Below, piece by piece: positions 8,302-18,608 of a DNA stretch of 32,000 nt (its first letter is position 1; every line of letters starts with the position of its first letter). Under the pieces are notes generated by a model. The model was not told the origin of the DNA. It made no database searches and worked only from the letters and a program-made list of their open reading frames with translations. Made by a program: the position numbers and the translations under genes. The DNA comes from Bacteroidales bacterium (GTDB lineage Bacteria; Bacteroidota; Bacteroidia; Bacteroidales; F082): positions 8,962-40,961 of the forward strand of contig JAFTUF010000023.1 in assembly GCA_017466405.1 (NCBI GenBank), written 5' to 3'.

Positions 8302-9498
8302 ATGAATAATCAGTTGATAAATAGAGAATTATTAGACTCCATTAATAATGCATTCAGATATTTTTCAGTATTAACACTTACAGGACCGCGTCAATCCGGG
8401 AAAACAACACTATGTAGAAAATTATTTGCTGATTTGCCATATTATAATTTCGAAGACATAGCGACCCTATCGGCATTTCAACATGATCCAAAATCATTCT
8501 TAACAAAGCATGACGAAGGGATGATTATTGATGAATCACAAAGATTTCCAGACATCTTTTCATATTTGCAGGTTATTGTTGACGAGCAAAATTTTACAGG
8601 AGAAAGAAAAAGAAAATATATAGTGACAGGAAGTTCTAATTTTTCATTGATGCAGAAAGCAACTCAATCAATGGCAGGAAGAACTGCTGTGATGACCTTA
8701 CTGCCATTATCTACACAAGAGATTGACACAATGTATCCAGACGCGAAGACTGACACTCGTATTCTACGTGGAGGTTATCCTGCAATATGGAAAACAGATG
8801 ATGAAGGACGTAATTTCCTGCTCAGCAACTACTACACAACATACGTCGAACGTGATTTACGTAGTATGATAAATATTAAGGACTTGACCCAATTCAATAC
8901 ATTCATCAGACTTTGTGCAGGACGTATTGGTTCTGAATGTAACGCCTCAGCATTGTCGGTGGAAGTCGGAGTCAGCGTTCCTACAATTCAATCATGGTTA
9001 AGCATTCTCGAAGCATCATATATCATTTACAGATTGCATCCTTATCATGCCAATATCGGCAAACGTCTTACCAAGACTCCAAAACTATATTTCCACGACA
9101 CTGGTTTAGCTGCATGGTTAATTGGAATTCGTTCTGAAGAGCAACTGTCGGTACATCCATTACGAGGAAATTTATTTGAGAACATGGTTATCAATGATTT
9201 TCAAAAATATTATTTCAACAGAGCAGAACGCGCAGATTTATTTTTCTACAGAGACAAAGGACAACACGAAGCTGACCTACTCCAAATGAATGCTGATGGA
9301 AGAATACATGCTTACGAAATAAAGTCATCAATGACATATAGAAACGATTTCTTCGATGGTTTACATTACATACAAAACCTTTTAAAAGATAATTTTATAT
9401 CAGGCTCACTACTATATGACGGGGTACAAGAATCCATTCAGCAATACGATTCATATTGCAATTACAGAAACTTTCCGAAATTATTGAGGCGTTCTTAG
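8302..9498 (+). CDS. AAA+ ATPase with C-terminal DUF4143-type (PD-(D/E)xK-like) domain
   Basis: 398 aa with Walker A LTGPRQSGKTT, Walker B MIIDESQ, and a C-terminal HEADLL...HAYEIK (D...ExK). This layout is typical of the AAA_14/DUF4143 proteins common in Bacteroidota. Confidence 0.85.
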   Translation: MNNQLINRELLDSINNAFRYFSVLTLTGPRQSGKTTLCRKLFADLPYYNFEDIATLSAFQHDPKSFLTKHDEGMIIDESQRFPDIFSYLQVIVDEQNFTGERKRKYIVTGSSNFSLMQKATQSMAGRTAVMTLLPLSTQEIDTMYPDAKTDTRILRGGYPAIWKTDDEGRNFLLSNYYTTYVERDLRSMINIKDLTQFNTFIRLCAGRIGSECNASALSVEVGVSVPTIQSWLSILEASYIIYRLHPYHANIGKRLTKTPKLYFHDTGLAAWLIGIRSEEQLSVHPLRGNLFENMVINDFQKYYFNRAERADLFFYRDKGQHEADLLQMNADGRIHAYEIKSSMTYRNDFFDGLHYIQNLLKDNFISGSLLYDGVQESIQQYDSYCNYRNFPKLLRRS

Positions 9499-9518
9499 GA
9501 TTCAAATATAGATTTTGA
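9487..9518 (+). repeat. Right copy of the perfect 32-bp direct repeat
   Basis: Identical to 8154-8185. It supplies the last 3 codons (RRS) and the TAG stop of the ATPase ORF, in a different frame from the barrel gene. Confidence 0.95.
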
Positions 9519-9775
9519 CTCGGACACGGACTGTTGACTAAAGATGAGACGCAGCAACAACATATTGTTTATTTTTATTGGTGTTGTTGATACGTCTCTA
9601 CGTAGGTCACTTCAGTCACTCTAAACCCTTCGCTCCTTCTATGTAATATTAAGAAACAAAAAAAACGAAAAATTATAAAATATCTTATCGACAAATTTTG
9701 TCTAAGACGATGATTTTAAAAATCTTAAGTCTTTTTATCTGAATTTTTACGATTTGATAGTATTTCCTTTTATTC

Positions 9776-9783
9776 TACTTTTG
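9776..9783 (+). promoter_or_regulatory. Orphan Bacteroidota -7 box TActTTTG
   Basis: Exact TAnnTTTG match in the non-coding gap, 30 nt upstream of an 18-codon sORF. Confidence 0.4.
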
Positions 9784-9869
9784 TGTCATTATCGTTAAAT
9801 CATATTAAAGTTATGGAGAATAAGAAAAACAACATACAAATATTAGGCAAGAACAGATTCATTAAATAA

Positions 9870-9916
9870 AAGTCTCTGCAAGATATGATTACAGCATTAT
9901 CTACAGAGACTTTTTT
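9870..9916 (+). terminator. Intrinsic terminator-like hairpin after the sORF
   Basis: Stem aagtctctg/cagagactt (9 bp), 25-nt loop, then TTTTTT. Confidence 0.5.
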
Positions 9917-10011
9917 ATAATTTGATCCAATATAAATCTTCAATCATGGGAATAATGGGTTCTGCCCATAATTAAAGAGAAAAATGTTAATAAATAGAAC
10001 CCTTAATCCAT

Positions 10012-11709
10012 ATGGCAAAGCGATTTTTCGTAATATTGGCATTAGCTCTTTTTATAGGAACGAATGCCTTCTCTCAAGAATGGGAAAATATTTTAGAATA
10101 TAACAATGATGATTTTGAATGTTTTAAATTCTATGAATCTAAAGAATTATCAGATGGTAATGTTGGTGTTTCATCTGAGTATTATTACAGAAGCGGTTAT
10201 GGCGATTTTTATTCGGCGCATCCAAGTGTAGCGAAGTTTTCACCTAATGGTGTCGAATTGTGTAGGAATATTTTTTACAAGGAAGGTTACGCTGCTACAT
10301 CGAGAGCTCCTTACCTTTTTGAAAATGAAAATAATGAATTGTTCGCACTAACAACTTTTTCACCAGACCACGATTATACATATTTTAACTATTTTAAAAA
10401 TTTTGACAACCCTCCTACTGATGCAATAGTTGGATTATATAAATTGGATGAAAACTTGCAGGTTGAATATAGTTATGAACATAGTTATCCTATAGATACT
10501 TTTGAATTTAGAGGTGACTTGTTCTGGGAAAATTTTCCTAATGAAGCAAGTGGTAACATATTTATATTCTCAGCTTTCAAAGAAGAAGGCGATATAGTTG
10601 GAGCATACGTTAAGAGTGTTAGCTCAAGTCCTGATAATTCCCGCGGTAATGATTCCTTATTCTTTTTCAGAATGAATTTTGAAGGTGAATTTTTACAAAA
10701 GAAAGGATATGATGTAGGTAATGGTGGTGGAACGTGGCAAACAATTAGACGCAGGCATCATTTGATAAGAACAGAAAATCATTATTTATTGTATGATGGA
10801 ATAAACGGTGAAAGTGATGGTTATTATACGCAAGGCGTTGTAAGATACTACGATCTGAATTTTGATTATATAACGATGAAATTTATTGATTGTAAGGATT
10901 GCGGTGGAAATATATTTGAGGAATTGTCTGACATAACAGTAAAACGTAGTCGTCATAATACAACGTATTTGGTTTCATCTAAAAGAAATGATGATATTAG
11001 TCAAGATTGCAGATTATATGAAATAGATGATGATATAAATATTGCCTCTGATTATGTCACAATTAAAAGATATGTGGACAGAGGAACATCTGAATGGGAT
11101 TATTGTCCAGCTACATGCAGTGTTGATATTGCTGACGACAATTCTGTTTATTTTGCCTGTAATCTAAATAGAGGTTGGATGTGGGACCGTGATTCATACG
11201 TCATGATTGAACGTTTTGATGTTGACCTAAACAGCATATCAGTATTGTTTTATGATATTGCAGGAGGTGACGGAATAGCAACAAATGTAAGTAACATCAA
11301 TCTCACAAAAGACCAAGGTATAATACTTTGTGGTAATGCAACAGACATGCATTCAGATACCGAATTTAAATATATCACCAAATTCCCTGCATCGGCATTT
11401 GTCAACATCGAAGAAGCTCACTCTCACGGCTTGAAACTCGCTGTCGCTTATCCTAATCCGGGCGGAGATGTTATGAATATAAGAACAGGCTTGCGTAATG
11501 CAACTTTGCAGGTTTATGATATGCAAGGAAGAAAAGTCCATCAACAAATAATAACAGATGAAGTAACTTCAATAGACGCCTCGAAATGGGAGAATGGAAC
11601 GTATATTTGGGAGCTTAGAGCGGGAAACGGGAGCGGGAACGGGAGCGAGAACGGGAACGAGAACGGGAACGAGAACGGGATTTTGGAGAGCGGGAAATGG
11701 GTGAAGTAG
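10012..11709 (+). CDS. Secreted protein with T9SS C-terminal sorting domain
   Basis: 565 aa with a signal peptide (MAKRFFVILALALFIGTNAFSQ). The C-terminus AVAYPNPGGDVMNIRT...LQVYDMQGRKV...GTYIWEL...GKWVK fits the Por/T9SS CTD pattern. The N-terminal region is unassigned. Confidence 0.8.
   Translation: MAKRFFVILALALFIGTNAFSQEWENILEYNNDDFECFKFYESKELSDGNVGVSSEYYYRSGYGDFYSAHPSVAKFSPNGVELCRNIFYKEGYAATSRAPYLFENENNELFALTTFSPDHDYTYFNYFKNFDNPPTDAIVGLYKLDENLQVEYSYEHSYPIDTFEFRGDLFWENFPNEASGNIFIFSAFKEEGDIVGAYVKSVSSSPDNSRGNDSLFFFRMNFEGEFLQKKGYDVGNGGGTWQTIRRRHHLIRTENHYLLYDGINGESDGYYTQGVVRYYDLNFDYITMKFIDCKDCGGNIFEELSDITVKRSRHNTTYLVSSKRNDDISQDCRLYEIDDDINIASDYVTIKRYVDRGTSEWDYCPATCSVDIADDNSVYFACNLNRGWMWDRDSYVMIERFDVDLNSISVLFYDIAGGDGIATNVSNINLTKDQGIILCGNATDMHSDTEFKYITKFPASAFVNIEEAHSHGLKLAVAYPNPGGDVMNIRTGLRNATLQVYDMQGRKVHQQIITDEVTSIDASKWENGTYIWELRAGNGSGNGSENGNENGNENGILESGKWVK
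11617..11682 (+). repeat. Hexamer array GGGAAC/GGGAGC/GAGAAC, about 10.5 units, inside the CTD coding region
   Basis: Read directly. It encodes RAGNGSGNGSENGNENGNENG between the GTYIWEL strand and the final GKWVK. Confidence 0.9.
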
Positions 11710-11710
11710 A

Positions 11711-11745
11711 ATATGAGAAATTGAGTATCTGAGAACCTGAGAAAA
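11711..11745 (+). repeat. Octamer word array (AnYTGAGA family)
   Basis: atatgaga aattgagt atctgaga acctgaga aaact. It begins 2 nt after the stop codon and belongs to the same family as 21572-21603. Confidence 0.75.
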
Positions 11746-11760
11746 CTACGGGAGATTATC

Positions 11761-11834
11761 TTAGCAACTCAGAGACTTGGTGACTCGGTGACTCGGTGAC
11801 TTGGCGACTCGGTGACTTGGCGACTCGGTGACTT
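11761..11834 (+). repeat. Octamer word array TYRGYRAC x9 (reverse complement of the GTYRCYRA family)
   Basis: ttagcaac tcagagac ttggtgac tcggtgac tcggtgac ttggcgac tcggtgac ttggcgac tcggtgac. Confidence 0.9.
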
Positions 11835-11855
11835 AAAAAAATCATATAATTTTTT

Positions 11856-11888
11856 ATCGTGCGTTGTGTAAAAATGCACGATTTTTTT
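11856..11888 (+). terminator. Intrinsic terminator
   Basis: Stem atcgtgc/gcacgat (7 bp), 13-nt loop, then TTTTTTT. Confidence 0.65.
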
Positions 11889-11890
11889 AT

Positions 11891-11898
11891 TATCTTTG
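11891..11898 (+). promoter_or_regulatory. Bacteroidota -7 box TAtcTTTG for gyrB
   Basis: Exact TAnnTTTG match 56 nt upstream of the gyrB ATG. Confidence 0.55.
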
Positions 11899-11915
11899 TG
11901 GCGATATATATTTAA

Positions 11916-13922
<2,007 letters not shown>

Positions 13923-13940
13923 CAAATAAAAACAACGGTT

Positions 13941-14555
13941 ATGGATAACAATGATAACAAATTAGACATCTTAACTAAGAAGATCTACGAAGAAGGCATC
14001 GAGAAAGCTCAAAACGATGCCAAAGAGATTCTCGAGAAAGCCCAAAACGACGCCAACAGCATCATCGCTGAAGCTGAAGCTAAGGCAAAGGCTATCGTAG
14101 AGAAAGCTAACAACGACGCTAACAATCTGAAACAAAAGACTGAAGCCGAGCTAAGCATGAGCGTGAAGCAAGCTATCGCTGCCTTGAAACAACAAATCAC
14201 CAATCTCATCTCAAACAAGATTGCCGCTGATATGACAAAGACAGCCTTCAAAGAAGACGACTTCATCCACGAGCTTATGGCTAAGGTAATTGAAAAATGG
14301 AACTCCGAAGGTAACACAGACCTTAACATCATTCTTAACGAGAAAGAAAAAGTTACATTTGAGAAATACCTTCTCGCAAAACATAAAGACCTCTTCGACA
14401 AGAACCTCACTTTGGTCACCAACAACAATCAGAAAGAAGGTTTCGTCATCCAGCCTAAAGATGGCAGCTACAAAATAACATTCTCAGAAAAAATGTTCGA
14501 AGAGTTCTTCAACTCTTACCTCAAAGAATATTCAAAGAAGTTATTGTTCTCATGA
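13941..14555 (+). CDS. ntpE: V-type ATPase subunit E
   Basis: 204 aa. It has an N-terminal Ala/Lys/Glu-rich coiled coil (AQNDAKEILEKAQNDANSIIAEAEAKAKAIVEKA) and a globular C-terminus. It is the first gene of the V-ATPase cluster. Confidence 0.8.
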   Translation: MDNNDNKLDILTKKIYEEGIEKAQNDAKEILEKAQNDANSIIAEAEAKAKAIVEKANNDANNLKQKTEAELSMSVKQAIAALKQQITNLISNKIAADMTKTAFKEDDFIHELMAKVIEKWNSEGNTDLNIILNEKEKVTFEKYLLAKHKDLFDKNLTLVTNNNQKEGFVIQPKDGSYKITFSEKMFEEFFNSYLKEYSKKLLFS

Positions 14556-14558
14556 TAT

Positions 14559-14594
14559 AAGATATATCCGTCATAGCGGGTATATCTTTTTTTT
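14559..14594 (+). terminator. Strong intrinsic terminator-like hairpin between ntpE and the next gene
   Basis: 11-bp stem aagatatatcc/gggtatatctt (one G-U), 8-nt loop, then T8. It starts 4 nt after the ntpE stop. Confidence 0.55.
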
Positions 14595-14626
14595 AATGAA
14601 TATTTGTTTCATTATACCTTTTAACA

Positions 14627-15460
14627 ATGAACATCGCAGGAGGAAATTATTATTGCCTAATAGCAGGACTGCCAGAAATCAGTCCCGACGACAAGAAGTT
14701 GAGTCTCTCGGTACAGGAGTTACGCACCTATCTGAACGACTACCTGACCAACGAAGAGATAGAATGTATCAACCTCTTTTTCTATCCTAACGACAACATA
14801 CAGATTCTACGTCTGCTGCAGAAACAAGAAGCCGACACCAGTCTTCAGACAGTGTTCACCGCATCTCAGTTAGAGAGCGAGATTGAAGACCCGATGTTCG
14901 TACCTTCTTATATCAAGGATTATCTTCTCGACTTGCAGAAAGAAGACAGAGAGACAAGCAACCGTCTTCCGGAAGTAGAACTCAGCGAGAGATATTGGAA
15001 GTTCATGCTTTCGCAGAAAGAGAAATTCGTCAAGAGATATGCGGAGTTCTCTCTGAACATCAAGAATCTGATAACAGCACTCAACTGCCGCAAATATCAT
15101 CTCGATATTGAAAAAGAAGTCATCTGCGACACAGCCTTCACACAACAGCTGAAGAGCTCACGCGCAAAAGACTTTGAATTGTCGGACGACTATCCATACG
15201 TCGATAAGATTCTCAATCTCTTCGACAAAGGCAATGCTGCTGAACGCGAATACAAAATCGACATGCTCTATTGGGAATTTCTCGACGAGATGACAGAGAA
15301 CAAGTATTTCACGTTCGACAACGTTTTAGCATTTACACTCAAACTGATGATTTTAGAACGCTGGAGCAAGATGACGACAGAACAAGGAAAGAAGATTTTC
15401 CGCGAGTTGTTAGACCGTTTCAAGACAGAATTTCAGTTTGCCAAAGAATTTGATATATAA
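14627..15460 (+). CDS. DUF2764-like protein (V-ATPase-associated, presumed subunit C/d analogue)
   Basis: 277-aa helical ORF located between subunits E and A, where Bacteroidota V-ATPase clusters carry a DUF2764 gene. Assigned by position and composition only. Confidence 0.65.
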   Translation: MNIAGGNYYCLIAGLPEISPDDKKLSLSVQELRTYLNDYLTNEEIECINLFFYPNDNIQILRLLQKQEADTSLQTVFTASQLESEIEDPMFVPSYIKDYLLDLQKEDRETSNRLPEVELSERYWKFMLSQKEKFVKRYAEFSLNIKNLITALNCRKYHLDIEKEVICDTAFTQQLKSSRAKDFELSDDYPYVDKILNLFDKGNAAEREYKIDMLYWEFLDEMTENKYFTFDNVLAFTLKLMILERWSKMTTEQGKKIFRELLDRFKTEFQFAKEFDI

Positions 15461-15477
15461 TAATAAAAACATATAAC

Positions 15478-17238
15478 ATGAATAAGACAACAGGAAAAGT
15501 AGTAAGTATCATCTCCAACTTAGTCTTGGTTCGCATCGAAGGTAACGTCTTCCAGAACGAGATCTGTTACATCTTCTTAGGCGAAGAAAAACTGATGGCT
15601 GAGGTTATCAAGATTATTGGCGACATAGCATACGTCCAAGTTTTCGAGAGCACCCGTGGCTTGAAGCCAGGATCTAAAGTAGAGTTTGAAGGACACATGT
15701 TGGAAGTAGAACTCGGACCGGGTTTATTATCCAAGAACTTCGACGGACTTCAGAACGACTTAGACAAGATGGAAGGTGTCTTCTTGAAGAGAGGTCTCTA
15801 TACACCTCCACTCGAAGACGACAAGAAATGGGCTTTCACTCCATTGGCAAAAGTCGGCGACACTGTAGTAGCAGGCGACTGGCTCGGCAATGTGAAAGAA
15901 AACTGGCTCGACCATAAGATTATGGTTCCTTTCAAATTTGAAGGAGAATATACAGTGATGTCGGTGGCAGCCGCTGGCGAATACACCATCAAAGACGTCG
16001 TTGCAACATTGAAAGACAAAGAAGGCGAGATTCATAACGTAACGATGGTTCAGAAATGGCCAGTGAAACTCGCTGTTAAAGCATATAAGAACAAACCACG
16101 TCCATATCGTTTGCTGGAGACCGGTGTCCGTGTCATCGACACCATGAACCCTATCCTCGAAGGCGGTACCGGTTTCATCCCTGGACCTTTCGGAACAGGT
16201 AAGACCGTTCTTCAACACGCCTTGGCAAAGAACGCAGAAGCCGACATCATCATCATGGCAGCCTGCGGTGAACGTGCTAACGAGGTCGTTGAGATCTTCG
16301 CTGAGTTCCCTCACCTCGAAGACCCTCGCACCGGAAGATCATTATACGAAAGAACAACAATCATCGCTAACACATCTAACATGCCTGTTGCAGCTCGTGA
16401 AGCATCAGTTTATACAGCTATGACAATCGGCGAATATTATCGCGCTATGGGAATGAAGGTTTTGTTGTTAGCCGACTCCACATCACGTTGGGCACAAGCA
16501 TTGCGTGAGATGTCGAACCGTCTCGAAGAGTTGCCAGGACAAGACGCCTTCCCTATGGACTTGTCAGCTATCATCGCTGGTTTCTACGCCCGCGCTGGTA
16601 TAGTTTATCTCAACAACGGCGCAACAGGTTCCGTGACATTCATCGGTACCGTTTCTCCTGCCGGTGGTAACTTGAAAGAGCCTGTGACAGAATCAACAAA
16701 GAAAGCTGCACGCTGTTTCTACGCTTTGTCACAAAACCGTGCCGACTCCAAACGCTACCCTGCTATCGACACCTTAGACTCATATTCAAAATATCTCGAA
16801 TATCCAGAATTCTTAGAATATGCAAAAGAGAAGTTGGACGAGAACTGGGTTGAGTTAGTCAATGAAGCACGTAACGTATTAGTAAGAGGTAAAGAGACAG
16901 AAGAACAAATCAACATCCTCGGCGACGACAGTGTGCCAATCGACTATCACATCAATTTATGGAAATCAGAGTTTATCGACTTCATCATACTTCAACAAGA
17001 CGCTTTCGATAAAGTTGACTCGACAACCTCATTGGAACGTCAAGAGTATATGCTGAAGAAAGTCATCAACGTAACACGTTCAGAATTTAAATTTGACGGT
17101 TTTGAAGAAGTCGCTATATATTTCAAGAGACTTATCAACATTTTCAAACAGATGAACTATGCTGTCTTCAAGTCGGAAGAATTCAATAAGTCCGAAGAAG
17201 AAGCCAATGCAATTCTTGAAGAAAGATTAGTCAAATAA
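15478..17238 (+). CDS. ntpA: V-type ATPase catalytic subunit A
   Basis: 586 aa with Walker A GPFGTGKTV, Walker B-like LLLADSTSRWAQALRE, and the non-homologous insert typical of A subunits. Confidence 0.95.
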   Translation: MNKTTGKVVSIISNLVLVRIEGNVFQNEICYIFLGEEKLMAEVIKIIGDIAYVQVFESTRGLKPGSKVEFEGHMLEVELGPGLLSKNFDGLQNDLDKMEGVFLKRGLYTPPLEDDKKWAFTPLAKVGDTVVAGDWLGNVKENWLDHKIMVPFKFEGEYTVMSVAAAGEYTIKDVVATLKDKEGEIHNVTMVQKWPVKLAVKAYKNKPRPYRLLETGVRVIDTMNPILEGGTGFIPGPFGTGKTVLQHALAKNAEADIIIMAACGERANEVVEIFAEFPHLEDPRTGRSLYERTTIIANTSNMPVAAREASVYTAMTIGEYYRAMGMKVLLLADSTSRWAQALREMSNRLEELPGQDAFPMDLSAIIAGFYARAGIVYLNNGATGSVTFIGTVSPAGGNLKEPVTESTKKAARCFYALSQNRADSKRYPAIDTLDSYSKYLEYPEFLEYAKEKLDENWVELVNEARNVLVRGKETEEQINILGDDSVPIDYHINLWKSEFIDFIILQQDAFDKVDSTTSLERQEYMLKKVINVTRSEFKFDGFEEVAIYFKRLINIFKQMNYAVFKSEEFNKSEEEANAILEERLVK

Positions 17239-17261
17239 TTAAAAACAAAAACACATTTATC

Positions 17262-18584
17262 ATGAGTGCATTACAAAAAGTTTATACAAAGATAAGTCAA
17301 GTCACAAAAGCCACATGTAGTTTGAAAGCTACAGGTGTTGGTTTCGACGAGCTCGCATATATACACGGACGTTTGGCACAGGTCGTAAAGATTTGGGGTG
17401 ATGAGATCACTCTTCAGGTCTTCTCCGGAACTGAAGGTATCCCTACCAATGCTGAAGTCGTTTTCCTCGGCAAGGCACCTACCCTTAAAGTCAGCGACGA
17501 GTTATGCGGACGTTTCTTCAACGCTTTCGGTCAGCCTATCGACGGCGGTCCAGAGGTTGATGGCGAAGAACGTGAAATCGGCGGTCCATCAGTGAACCCA
17601 GTACAACGTAAGCAACCATCAGAACTCATCGCCACAGGTATCGCAGGTATCGACTTGAACAACACCTTGGTGTCAGGACAGAAGATCCCATTCTTTGCCG
17701 ACCCTGACCAACCATATAACCAAGTTATGGCTAATGTGGCGTTGAAAGCTCAAGCCGACCGTATCATCCTCGGCGGCATGGGTCTCACCAATGACGACTA
17801 TTTATATTTCAAGAACTTATTCGAAAACGCAGGTATCTTAGACCACATCGTTTCATTCGTCAACACCACCGAGGCTCCTCCTGTAGAACGTCTCTTGGTT
17901 CCTGACATGGCTCTTACAGCAGCAGAATATTTCGCTGTCGATAAGAACGAGAACGTTTTGGTTCTCTTGACCGACATGACATTATACGCCGACGCCCTCA
18001 GTATCGTGTCGAACCGTATGGACCAAATCCCTTCTAAAGACTCAATGCCAGGTTCACTCTATTCCGACTTGGCTAAGATTTATGAGAAAGCCGTACAGTT
18101 CCCAAGCGGAGGTTCTATCACCATCATCGCTGTTACAACCTTGTCGGGCGGCGACATCACACACGCTATCCCTGACAACACAGGTTATATCACAGAAGGT
18201 CAGCTCTTCTTACGTAAGGATAGCGATATCGGCAAGGTCATCGTTGACCCATTCAGAAGCTTGTCACGTTTGAAACAATTGGTTATCGGAAAGAAGACAC
18301 GCGCCGACCACCCACAGGTGATGAACGCTTGTATCCGTCTCTATGCCGACGCTGCCAACGCCAAAACGAAACTCGAAAACGGTTTCGACTTGACAGACTA
18401 CGACAACCGCGTCCTCGACTTCGCTAAAGAATATTCCAATGACTTGCTCGCCATCGACGTCGATCTTAAGATTGAACAGATGCTCGACACAGCATGGAAC
18501 TTATTTGGTAAACACTTCCACAAATCAGAGGTGTCTATCAAGAAAGAATTCATGGATAAATATTGGACAGGTAAAGAAGATTGA
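17262..18584 (+). CDS. ntpB: V-type ATPase subunit B
   Basis: 440 aa with the conserved blocks LVLLTDMT and SGGSITIIAVTTLSGGDITHAIPDNTGYITEGQLFL. There is no P-loop, as expected for B. Confidence 0.95.
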   Translation: MSALQKVYTKISQVTKATCSLKATGVGFDELAYIHGRLAQVVKIWGDEITLQVFSGTEGIPTNAEVVFLGKAPTLKVSDELCGRFFNAFGQPIDGGPEVDGEEREIGGPSVNPVQRKQPSELIATGIAGIDLNNTLVSGQKIPFFADPDQPYNQVMANVALKAQADRIILGGMGLTNDDYLYFKNLFENAGILDHIVSFVNTTEAPPVERLLVPDMALTAAEYFAVDKNENVLVLLTDMTLYADALSIVSNRMDQIPSKDSMPGSLYSDLAKIYEKAVQFPSGGSITIIAVTTLSGGDITHAIPDNTGYITEGQLFLRKDSDIGKVIVDPFRSLSRLKQLVIGKKTRADHPQVMNACIRLYADAANAKTKLENGFDLTDYDNRVLDFAKEYSNDLLAIDVDLKIEQMLDTAWNLFGKHFHKSEVSIKKEFMDKYWTGKED

Positions 18585-18608
18585 TTGCCAATTTAAAATC
18601 ATAATGTT

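Larger units (their letters stand above)
8186..9518 (+). mobile_element. Putative inserted single-gene cassette (terminator + promoter + AAA/DUF4143 ATPase) ending in the right direct repeat
   Basis: It is bracketed by the 32-bp direct repeat. The sequence after the second copy (9519-9540) is a heptamer tract like those that follow other genes' stop codons. There is no recombinase inside, so mobility is an inference. Confidence 0.45.

Noticed and set aside
1752-11834. Tandem arrays as CRISPR loci
   Set aside because: The units are only 6-8 nt, directly abutting and degenerate, with no spacers. There are no cas genes in the window.
14009-16314. Antisense ORFs in ntpE and ntpA (14009..14428 at 139 aa, 15760..16314 at 184 aa, and others)
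   Set aside because: They mirror strongly supported V-ATPase genes. The 139-aa product is a Ser/Ala/Leu low-complexity mirror of the coiled-coil coding region.
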